Shown: positions 49,984 through 59,782 of the stretch, piece by piece
Numbering within the stretch: position 1 is the first letter of the stretch
Layout: each line of letters starts with the position of its first letter
NCBI GenBank assembly: GCA_049317985.1
Contig: JBMOHF010000002.1
Span: 29,752-93,751 of the forward strand
Length of the DNA: 64,000 bases
From: Patescibacteria group bacterium
GTDB taxonomy: Bacteria > Patescibacteriota > Patescibacteriia > Patescibacteriales > UBA12465
Reading direction: 5' to 3'
The notes under the pieces: generated by a model
What the model was told of the DNA's origin: nothing
The model's database searches: none
The model's input: the letters and a program-made list of their open reading frames with translations, nothing else
Made by a program: the position numbers and the translations under genes

Positions 49984-50052
49984 AATTTTCCATCTCCTCC
50001 ATCATAAACGCTAATCAAAAATCTGGCAATAGAAGAGATGAAATAATTGTTT

Positions 50053-50805
50053 TTATTTGAGTTTTCGCTGGATAACCGTGTTTAGACCTTCAATTTTATC
50101 ATTACTGGAATCAACAAAATCGGTTAAAGGCCGAGCACCGTTGATCATTTCGTCACCGATAAACATTGTTGGTGCACCAACTATTCCATATTTTGCGGCT
50201 TCTTTTGTTTGGCTAACGAGATTCTCGGTCATTTTTGTATCGGCCAAACAAATATCAAACTTTGCCTCATCTATTTTTAATTTTTTGGCCGATAAAGTAA
50301 AGTCTTCTTCAACAAGAGAACGGGTTTTAACAATATCTAATACTTCCTGACGGAACTCCCAACCTTTCCCCTCTTTAAAGGCGCAGTCCAGGGCCTGAGA
50401 GGCTTTCAGACTAAGCTCGCCGCTTGCTGGAAAAGAGCGATAGGCGATTTTTAAATTCTCTCCATAGTCTTTCTTTAACTGCTCAAGACTTTGATTGAGG
50501 TTGGCAGAAAAAGATTGAGAAAGGTCTTCGTAAATCACGAGACCAAGTTTGGCGTCCTTGTTTCCCCACAAATGATCCGTCGGGGAAATTTCTGGCACTA
50601 AAGAATTTTTAAAACTCGCGCTGGTAATAGCGTCTGAGTTTTCGTTAATCAAATCTTGACCATCCAAATTGTTTTGTTTTTTTGGTTGATTCGGCCAAGC
50701 TGCCCAAACCGAGATTAAAACAATCACTAAAGCTAACCCACTAACTAACCACCAAATTTTTTTGTTTTCCTGTGGTGGTTTTTCGAAAGAATGCATTGGA
50801 TTCAT
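50053..50805 (-). CDS. DsbA-like thioredoxin-fold protein, membrane-anchored, with the CxxC active site replaced by SxxS
   Basis: N-terminal TM segment. The DsbA-family layout is conserved (GLVIYEDLSQSFSANL...; CAFKEGKGWEFRQEV; GIVGAPTMFIGDEMINGARP), but the position of the CPxC motif reads SQSF. Confidence 0.65.
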   Translation of the reverse strand: MNPMHSFEKPPQENKKIWWLVSGLALVIVLISVWAAWPNQPKKQNNLDGQDLINENSDAITSASFKNSLVPEISPTDHLWGNKDAKLGLVIYEDLSQSFSANLNQSLEQLKKDYGENLKIAYRSFPASGELSLKASQALDCAFKEGKGWEFRQEVLDIVKTRSLVEEDFTLSAKKLKIDEAKFDICLADTKMTENLVSQTKEAAKYGIVGAPTMFIGDEMINGARPLTDFVDSSNDKIEGLNTVIQRKLK

Positions 50806-50811
50806 AATTTT

Positions 50812-52242
50812 TTAAGCTAATATTTTTTCAATCGCCTGAGCGGCGGATAATAATTTTTCATCTCTAAAGCGCGGAGCAATAAATTGAAGCCCAATCGGCA
50901 ATGACTTCCCCTTTACTTCTCCCGGTAAGGCAGGAAGAGAGATCGCTGGCAAGCCAGCTAAGGAAGCACCAACCAGAAAGATGTCCTCAAGATACATAGC
51001 CAACGGATCATTTACTTGAGCACCAATCTTAAAGGCTGGGTGGGGTGAAGTTGGACTCAAAATTAAATCAAAATCTTTAAAAGCTAAATTGAAATCTTCA
51101 ATAATTAACGCCCTAACAGATTGCGCTTTTTTGTAGTAGCTATCAAAATAGCCGGCCGACAAAGCATAAGTTCCGAGCATAATTCGACGTTTTGTTTCTG
51201 CACCAAAACCCTGCCCTCTGGCCTTTAAATAAAAATCGTGCAAACTTGCCGCCGTATCGTCAGAAACCCCCCAAGCAATCCCATCAAAGCGAGCAAGATT
51301 GGAACTGATTTCGCTTGGTGTGACTATATAATAAACCGGAACGCCAAAACGTGCGTTTGGCAGAGAAACCTCTTCAACTGTTACTCCCGCAAGCTTTAAT
51401 TTTTTAATCGCTTCAGATAAGGCTTTTTTCACCTCTTCATTTTTTAATTCTTGCAAATATTCTTTTGGTAAACCAATTTTTAAAGAGGCGAGGTTCTTGA
51501 AATCATTTTTTTCCTCAACTTTAATTGAAGTGGCGTCATGCTCATCCTTTCCTTCAATAACTTCAAAAACGAATTTGGCGTCTTCAACGGTTTTGGTGAT
51601 TGGCCCAGCCACATCAGTTGAAGAAGTCATGGAGAGTAAACCAAAACGAGAAACACGTCCGTAACTAGGCTTAAAACCAACAACCCCGCAAAAAGCGGAT
51701 GGCTGACGAATAGAGCCGCCGGTATCAGTTCCTAGGGCAAACAAACAAAGGTTAGCCGCCACCGCCGCTGAGCTTCCACCAGAAGATCCACCCGCTACGC
51801 GCGTGAAATCGTGTGGATTTTTTGTCACTCCATAGGCTGAATTTTCTGTTGAGGCACCGTGAGCAAATTCATCGAGATTAGTTTTTCCAAGAAGAACCGC
51901 TCCTGATTCTTTTAATTTAGCGATGACCGCGGCATCATAGGGAGCAAAATAATTATCTAAAATTTTTGAGGCAGCGGTTGTCCTAATGCCTTTGGTCATT
52001 AAAATATCTTTCGCGAGATAAGGAATCCCGAGCAGTGGCGCTCTTTCACCAGCTTTCAATTTCTCATCAGCTTTTTTTGCTTCGAGCAAAGCCTCTTCAC
52101 GACAAACAGTTAAAACTGCGTTTAGTTCTGGATTTTTTTCTTCAATCGCTTTCAAGCAGGCCTCGGTCAAAGCAACAGAGCTAATATCTCCTGTGTCTAG
52201 TTTTTCACGCGCTTCTTTGATTGTTAGTTCATTCAATAACAT
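50812..52242 (-). CDS. gatA: Asp-tRNA(Asn)/Glu-tRNA(Gln) amidotransferase subunit A
   Basis: Amidase signature GGSSGGSSAAVAA and catalytic Ser-cisSer-Lys context; 476 aa. Confidence 0.95.
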   Translation of the reverse strand: MLLNELTIKEAREKLDTGDISSVALTEACLKAIEEKNPELNAVLTVCREEALLEAKKADEKLKAGERAPLLGIPYLAKDILMTKGIRTTAASKILDNYFAPYDAAVIAKLKESGAVLLGKTNLDEFAHGASTENSAYGVTKNPHDFTRVAGGSSGGSSAAVAANLCLFALGTDTGGSIRQPSAFCGVVGFKPSYGRVSRFGLLSMTSSTDVAGPITKTVEDAKFVFEVIEGKDEHDATSIKVEEKNDFKNLASLKIGLPKEYLQELKNEEVKKALSEAIKKLKLAGVTVEEVSLPNARFGVPVYYIVTPSEISSNLARFDGIAWGVSDDTAASLHDFYLKARGQGFGAETKRRIMLGTYALSAGYFDSYYKKAQSVRALIIEDFNLAFKDFDLILSPTSPHPAFKIGAQVNDPLAMYLEDIFLVGASLAGLPAISLPALPGEVKGKSLPIGLQFIAPRFRDEKLLSAAQAIEKILA

Positions 52243-52245
52243 AGG

Positions 52246-52530
52246 TTACAAAACTTTTTTTACTTTAATCAAACCATCTTGAAGGTCTCCTTGATTGAGT
52301 GCTGTCTTTCGCTCTTCGCTATCCCAAATTTTAATTTCATCTTCACGAAAAATATTTTGACTATCAGAAATTCTGGTTTCTTGGCTGACCAAACTAATAT
52401 CTGCCTGATCCAACTGTTCAATGTATGCCAAAATAGCCGAAAGCTCTCGACTGTATTTTTCTGCCTCTGGCTCACTGATTTCCAGCTTTGCTAGTTGCGC
52501 GATATGAAATATTTCTTCGGAAGTTAACAT
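52246..52530 (-). CDS. gatC: Asp-tRNA(Asn)/Glu-tRNA(Gln) amidotransferase subunit C
   Basis: 94 aa; EIFHIAQLAKLEISEPEAEKYSRELSAILAYIEQL matches the GatC pattern; directly upstream of gatA. Confidence 0.85.
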   Translation of the reverse strand: MLTSEEIFHIAQLAKLEISEPEAEKYSRELSAILAYIEQLDQADISLVSQETRISDSQNIFREDEIKIWDSEERKTALNQGDLQDGLIKVKKVL

Positions 52531-52574
52531 CTGGTTAATTTATATTTATGGTGACTGTGAAATAATAATATTAT

Positions 52575-52678
52575 GGGCCCGGTGTGGTCACGTGATCAGA
52601 TTTGACATTTGCATCTCCAGGGTCCAAATCCCTGCGGGCTTGCCTGCCGACAGGCAGGTCCACCATTTTGACTTTTTT
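52575..52678 (+). ncRNA. candidate small structured RNA (unassigned family)
   Basis: GC-rich island in AT-rich intergenic DNA. 5' GGGCCCG can pair with CGGGCUU at 52635..52641. A CACGTG-centred palindrome lies at 52585..52598. Hairpin CAGGG-UCCAAAU-CCCUG at 52618..52634. Terminator-like hairpin GCCUGCC-GACA-GGCAGGU at 52642..52659, followed by CCACCAUUUUGACUUUUUU. A TAATAT box lies just upstream. Does not fold as a canonical tRNA. Confidence 0.3.
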
Positions 52679-52755
52679 AGTCAATATGATAAAATAGTTT
52701 TGTTAAGTTTGGTTTCGTAGTTACGACCATCGGAGATAAATACATCCTTCAAGAA

Positions 52756-52778
52756 CCCGCCCACGAGGCGGGTTTTTG
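52756..52778. terminator. hairpin terminator at the ligA 3' end (strong U-tract on the plus strand, weaker on the minus)
   Basis: CCCGCC-CACGA-GGCGGG followed by TTTTTGTTTTT. Confidence 0.5.
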
Positions 52779-52781
52779 TTT

Positions 52782-55070
<2,289 letters not shown>

Positions 55071-55103
55071 TCAGGCAAGAAAAACGGCTTTTTAAAGGGA
55101 TAA

Positions 55104-55340
55104 TTACTTGATTTCAGTTGCTGCTGGTGCTTGAGCAGCTGGCGCTTGATTGCCACCTTGAGCCTTCTGAATAAAGGCAACAACTTCAGAGATCGCCTTG
55201 CCATTATTTCCCACGGCTACTTCAATTTGATCCAAGCGATTCTTTTGTTGAGCAAGGTTGATGCTGAATTGAACAAAAAACATCACGACGACACCGGCCA
55301 AGATGCCAACAACTAGAGGGGCAATATATTCTCTTCTCAT
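55104..55340 (-). CDS. small bitopic membrane protein (TM + coiled-coil; FtsB/FtsL/DivIC-like topology)
   Basis: 78 aa; single N-terminal TM then NRLDQIEVAV... helical region; paralogous in layout to the next gene. Confidence 0.35.
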   Translation of the reverse strand: MRREYIAPLVVGILAGVVVMFFVQFSINLAQQKNRLDQIEVAVGNNGKAISEVVAFIQKAQGGNQAPAAQAPAATEIK

Positions 55341-55387
55341 AGATTTAATAACCGGGAAACCCGGAGTAGATTATTTTTTAAAATTAA

Positions 55388-55636
55388 TTATTTTTTCTGT
55401 TGAGCTTGCAAAGAAGTGTTGATGAGGTTAACAACGGCGTCAGTCTTTTGAATACTTTCAACGATTTGTGGTTCAAGCTTGGTCATTCGATTATCCAAGC
55501 TACGAAGCTGGAAATAAAAGAATAGAGTAGCGGCGATTAGCAAAACCATCACCCCAACCATCACAATTGGGCCGTAGGAAAAGGAGGAATAAGAGCGTTT
55601 CATCTTCATAATTTTCAAAATCTGCCCGGTCGCCAA
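55388..55636 (-). CDS. small bitopic membrane protein (TM + coiled-coil; FtsB/FtsL/DivIC-like topology)
   Basis: 82 aa; single TM then LRSLDNRMTKLEPQI... helical region. Confidence 0.35.
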   Translation of the reverse strand: MATGQILKIMKMKRSYSSFSYGPIVMVGVMVLLIAATLFFYFQLRSLDNRMTKLEPQIVESIQKTDAVVNLINTSLQAQQKK

Positions 55637-55686
55637 AAACGACCTTCCGTGAGCAAATATAAATAATTTATTTCATTACTTTTTAT

Positions 55687-55715
55687 ATTATACACTTTTT
55701 AAAAAGTCGGGGCAA
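55687..55715 (-). promoter_or_regulatory. sigma70-like promoter with extended -10 for the small-protein/ligA transcription unit
   Basis: Minus strand TTGCCC, 17-nt spacer, TG-n-TATAAT, overlapping a 14-bp perfect palindrome ACTTTTTAAAAAGT. Confidence 0.35.
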
Positions 55716-55735
55716 GCAGAGGGAGTTTCGATAAA

Positions 55736-57337
55736 CTATAGATATTTTTCAATAATAATTTCGGCTGTTGCCAGACCGTCGATTGCCGAAGAAACGATCC
55801 CGCCGGCATAACCAGCTCCTTCTCCGGCCGGATAAAGGCCAGAAATTTTTGATTCCCTGTTTTCTCCCCGAATAATTCTCACTGGCGCTGAACTTCTAGT
55901 TTCAACCCCGGTTAAAACTGCTTCTGGATGAGCAAAGCCTTTTATTTTTCTCTCCATCAAAGGCAAGGCCTTTCTCAAACTTTCTAAAACAAAATCTGGC
56001 AAGCACATATCGAGAGAACAAAAAGAAACGCCACGAGGATAAGTTGCTGCCATTCTCATAACTTTTTTCGAAGGTTTCCCGGCCAGGAAGTCGCCAACCA
56101 ACTGGGCTGGTGCAAGATAGTTGCCACCACCGGCCTGAAAAGCCCGTTTTTCCCAATAACGCTGAAACTCGATCCCGGCCAGTGGATGGTCTGAGCCAAA
56201 ATCTTCTGGAGTGACTGGTACCAACAAAGCGCTATTGGAATTGACACCATCTTGGGCAAACTCACTCATCCCGTTTGTCACAACCATTCCTTCCTCCGAA
56301 GCGGCGGCCATCACATAACCGCCAGGACACATACAAAAAGTATAGACTGAACGAACACCGGTTTGTGATTCTACTAATTTATATTTGGCAACGCCGAGCT
56401 TTTCGTCTTTAAAACTATTACCATATTGTGAACGATTAATCATTTCAGCTTTATGTTCAATACGGACACCAATTGAAAAAGGTTTGGCCGCTAATTCAAC
56501 TTGACGATCAAAAAGTAATTGATAGGTATCACGCGCCGAATGACCAATCGCCAAAATCAAATCAGTGACTTTAATTTCCTCGGTACCATTCACTATTATT
56601 CCTGATAATTTACCTTTCTGAATTATTAAATCCGTGAGACAAGAAGAAAAACGGAATTCTCCTCCCAGAGAAATTATTTCTTCGCGCAATTTTTTTACGA
56701 CTTCTCGCAAAAGGTCGGTCCCAACGTGTGGAGTAGCACTGAATAATATTTCTTCAGGTGCACCAGCTTTAACAAGTTCTTCAAAAACAAATTTAGAACG
56801 AGGATCATTAACGAGAGTGTATAGTTTTCCATCAGAAAAAGTGCCAGCGCCACCTTCACCAAATTGGACGTTAGATTCTTTATTCAAAACTCCCTCTTTA
56901 AAAAACTTATTTACCGTCTTTACTCGGTCATCAACAGAAGCGCCACGTTCAATAACCAGAGGATTCAGTCCCGCTTTTGCCAAGAGAAGAGCGGAAAACA
57001 AACCACAGGGCCCAGAACCAATAATCACTGGGCGATTCGCTGGTTTCTTTTTTGCTTTTTTAATCTCATAAACAAAAGGCTCAAAAAAACGAACTCGATG
57101 ACGAACATTAAACTCCTTAATGTTTTCAGGATTTTTCACAGAAACTTCAACGGAATAAACAAATAGGATATCGGTTTTCTTGCGGGAATCAATCGCCTTT
57201 TTTGTAATTTTATATGACAAAATTTCTGTTTCGGGAATCTGCAAAATTTCGGCTATTTTACTATTTAAAATATCTTCTCCTTCATTCAAATGTAGACCGA
57301 TTTCTTCAAGTTTTAAAAGATTATTTTTTGAGTTCAT
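55736..57337 (-). CDS. FAD-dependent oxidoreductase (COG2509-like uncharacterised dehydrogenase)
   Basis: Rossmann dinucleotide motif VIIGSGPCGLFSALLLAKAG and a second GG motif; about 530 aa. Confidence 0.75.
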   Translation of the reverse strand: MNSKNNLLKLEEIGLHLNEGEDILNSKIAEILQIPETEILSYKITKKAIDSRKKTDILFVYSVEVSVKNPENIKEFNVRHRVRFFEPFVYEIKKAKKKPANRPVIIGSGPCGLFSALLLAKAGLNPLVIERGASVDDRVKTVNKFFKEGVLNKESNVQFGEGGAGTFSDGKLYTLVNDPRSKFVFEELVKAGAPEEILFSATPHVGTDLLREVVKKLREEIISLGGEFRFSSCLTDLIIQKGKLSGIIVNGTEEIKVTDLILAIGHSARDTYQLLFDRQVELAAKPFSIGVRIEHKAEMINRSQYGNSFKDEKLGVAKYKLVESQTGVRSVYTFCMCPGGYVMAAASEEGMVVTNGMSEFAQDGVNSNSALLVPVTPEDFGSDHPLAGIEFQRYWEKRAFQAGGGNYLAPAQLVGDFLAGKPSKKVMRMAATYPRGVSFCSLDMCLPDFVLESLRKALPLMERKIKGFAHPEAVLTGVETRSSAPVRIIRGENRESKISGLYPAGEGAGYAGGIVSSAIDGLATAEIIIEKYL

Positions 57338-58085
57338 AGAATAAGATGGCTGCAGCGGCAGCAACGTTTAGTGATTCGATTTTATTAGAAATGGTAATTT
57401 TGATTTTTTGCTTAGCGCTCTTCAGGATTTCTGGCGACACTCCCTGACTTTCGCTTCCCAGAACCAAACAGAATTTTTCCGCTGGTTTGAGTCCTCCAAG
57501 AGCGACTCCTTCATGTGAGCTAGTGGCATAAACTGGCAATCGATTTTCAGACAGCCACGCTCCGTCACGATCTTCAAAAAGTCTCAATTTGAAAATTGTA
57601 TCCTTAGCGGCAGAAATGGTTTTGGCACTATAGGGGTCTGCACAATCCTTACTTAAAACAAGATTTTCAAAACCAAAGGCTAGAGCACTACGCATAATGG
57701 CTCCAAGATTTCCTGGGTCGCTAATATCATCTAGATATACTATTGACTCATCAGCTAATGGAATTTTTTCAATTTTATAAATAGCAGCAACACCAGAAGG
57801 AGTGCTTAATTCAGAGAATGCTTTATTTGTTTTTTCATCAATTAAAAACCACTCAGCGGATGAAGAATCTTTTTCTAATAAATCCATTACGTCTTTGTTT
57901 TTTGTAAAAAACTCTTCTGTTACAAATAATGACTGAAAATTGAAGCCACTTTTCTTGGCATCACAAATAATCACGGAATTTTCTACGACAAAAAGACCGT
58001 TTTCCCGACGGTATTTTGCCTGCCTCAATTTGATTAATTCTTTGATCCGACTGTTTTGTGGACTGGTAATTTCTTTGAATGGCAT
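57321..58085 (-). CDS. TrmH/SpoU-family RNA 2'-O-methyltransferase
   Basis: SPOUT motifs NLGAIMRSALAFG, LVLGSESQG and SLNVAAAAAILFYE. Confidence 0.8.
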   Translation of the reverse strand: MPFKEITSPQNSRIKELIKLRQAKYRRENGLFVVENSVIICDAKKSGFNFQSLFVTEEFFTKNKDVMDLLEKDSSSAEWFLIDEKTNKAFSELSTPSGVAAIYKIEKIPLADESIVYLDDISDPGNLGAIMRSALAFGFENLVLSKDCADPYSAKTISAAKDTIFKLRLFEDRDGAWLSENRLPVYATSSHEGVALGGLKPAEKFCLVLGSESQGVSPEILKSAKQKIKITISNKIESLNVAAAAAILFYELKK

Positions 58086-58133
58086 AAATTTTAATTATCC
58101 TATTACTAGCATAGACTTTCCATCAGGTTTTCG

Positions 58134-58169
58134 CAAATAAAAACCCCATTAGAACGAATCTTAATGGGG
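58134..58169 (-). terminator. rho-independent terminator of lepB
   Basis: CCCCATTA-N10-TAATGGGG hairpin followed on the minus strand by UUUUUAUUU. Confidence 0.6.
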
Positions 58170-58304
58170 GGTGGAATAACTTAATACTTACGAACTTATG
58201 AAAAGTGGGGTGGGTTTACAACGTCCACCTTATCTTGATTCTTTCAGTAATATTATTAATTAACTTATCTTAATAATACCACATTAAATAAATATTTGCA
58301 ATAG

Positions 58305-58868
58305 TTAGCGATTTACCCGGCCAAGAACGTCATCGAGGTCAACCAAACCAAAAGCAGTCGCATCGGTGGTGCCACTGATCTTATCGCCAAGGATTAAAAA
58401 GGCGCCCTTCGGCAGGTTTGGATAGGTGTCGGCGTAAAGCTGAAGAACTTTGACTTTATTCTCGGGGATTAGATATTCAAGGCCTTCGGAGTTTTTTAAA
58501 ACTTTGTTATTAACAAAAATTTTATAATCGGTGCCGGATTTTTCCAAGCGCCACGCGTCACCTGGCATTCCTTTGATTATCTTAATAATTGGAATCTCGC
58601 TACCAGCATAATCATAGGCAATAATTTCTTCACGAACAGGAACGGTGCTGCTGCTGTAGTAGCCCATCTGAATTTTTACTTTTTCACCATCTTTAAGTAA
58701 AGGAAACAACGAATCACCAGTTACTGTTCCTTCAATGGTGTTTGGGTCATAGGATTCTTGTTGAACTATTTTTCTCAGGGATGGTGATTTTAAAAAAAAG
58801 AAAATACCAACCAAAACAAGGGCTGAAACGATAATTCCCAGAAAGGCGAGAGGCTTTTTCTTTGACAT
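58305..58868 (-). CDS. lepB: signal peptidase I (S26 family)
   Basis: N-terminal TM anchor, GDSLFP (Ser box) and IIKIIKGMPGD (Lys box) motifs. Confidence 0.7.
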   Translation of the reverse strand: MSKKKPLAFLGIIVSALVLVGIFFFLKSPSLRKIVQQESYDPNTIEGTVTGDSLFPLLKDGEKVKIQMGYYSSSTVPVREEIIAYDYAGSEIPIIKIIKGMPGDAWRLEKSGTDYKIFVNNKVLKNSEGLEYLIPENKVKVLQLYADTYPNLPKGAFLILGDKISGTTDATAFGLVDLDDVLGRVNR

Positions 58869-59008
58869 ACACTTTGTTTATAAGGCTATTTTAATATGAT
58901 TAAATTATAGCACAGAATAGTTTGCGTGAAAAATATTTATACAATATTCTTATTTATAAACAAAAGCCCAGAGCAAAGGCTCTGGGCTAGTTTCATATTA
59001 TTAACAAT

Positions 59009-59701
59009 CTATTTAACATAACACCCCACACCATTTGAAGCACCACAGGGATTTGCCTGATCAGCAGAGACATTAATTGCCACGACACCTACGATGTTTT
59101 GGGCTAGTGTTTCCTGGAAGCAACCCGGATTCCCTGGATTGGAATTCTTAAAATACTTGTTTTGACCAGAAGTCACAACACCATTTGTTTGCACTATCCC
59201 AACACCTGGGTTGTCTGTAACGGTGTAGTAACTCGAAGCATTGTAATAATAAATCCCTATTCTTGTCGTACACGAGCTGTCACTATAGTAGAACTTTCCA
59301 TAGCCCGATGGCAGGTTTGTAATATTCGTTCCAAGGCAATCGGAATGCGTCATATGCTCTGGCACAGTAGCACCGGTACGCAACCACACTATCTGTTTAC
59401 AAGTGTTGACTTGAAGACTCGTTGTAGTGGCAATTGTACCGGAAAATCCTATAAAATCACCAACACTTGTATTTGTCACGGGATTGTAAACATGTAAACC
59501 TCCTCCCGCCGCTGCCACGGCAGTGTCGACATAAGACTTTGTTGCTGCGTCAGTATTGGCTACTGGCAAACCAACTTTCACTGGCTGAAGATAGTTTGTG
59601 ATATAAGTTGCTTGAGCGGTTGAGATAACCACAAAAACAACACTCATCACAAAAAAACCGATTGCGCCCATAATGAGCCAGCTCTCTTTTAATTTTTTCA
59701 T
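59009..59701 (-). CDS. secreted/membrane-anchored protein with a phage-tail-fibre-like N-terminal motif and a Cys-rich C-terminal domain
   Basis: N-terminal hydrophobic anchor; LPVANTDAATKSYVDTAV resembles the DAxTKxYVD motif common at tail-fibre and adhesin N-termini; 8 Cys in the C-terminal half. Confidence 0.45.
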   Translation of the reverse strand: MKKLKESWLIMGAIGFFVMSVVFVVISTAQATYITNYLQPVKVGLPVANTDAATKSYVDTAVAAAGGGLHVYNPVTNTSVGDFIGFSGTIATTTSLQVNTCKQIVWLRTGATVPEHMTHSDCLGTNITNLPSGYGKFYYSDSSCTTRIGIYYYNASSYYTVTDNPGVGIVQTNGVVTSGQNKYFKNSNPGNPGCFQETLAQNIVGVVAINVSADQANPCGASNGVGCYVK

Positions 59702-59782
59702 AATTTTTATATTGTTATAAATAGTTAATTAATTATTTACAACAAAGTAATGATTTAGAAACGTTAATTATTTTAATACTTT

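Noticed and set aside
43355-49990. Idea that the whole tRNA-Arg to tRNA-Ser interval is an intact integrated mobile element or genomic island.
   Set aside because: No integrase, relaxase, phage structural or transposase gene is present. No repeat of the tRNA-Arg end was found. Only the short att-like scars next to tRNA-Ser are supported.
49751-50005. 84-aa ORF (49751..50005, minus strand) from the six-frame track.
   Set aside because: It overlaps the tRNA-Ser gene and the att-like repeat region, with low-complexity translation. Almost certainly not coding.
52575-52668. Possible tRNA or tmRNA in the GC-rich ligA-gatC spacer. It has a T-arm-like hairpin (CAGGG-UCCAAAU-CCCUG), an ACCA-like end, and acceptor-like GGGCCCG/CGGGCUU pairing.
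   Set aside because: Only about 36 nt lie between the acceptor and the T-arm. No acceptable D-arm or anticodon arm can be drawn, and the T-loop has C at position 55. It is too short for tmRNA and has no SRP-RNA GGAA/AGCAGC motif. Kept only as an unassigned candidate sRNA.
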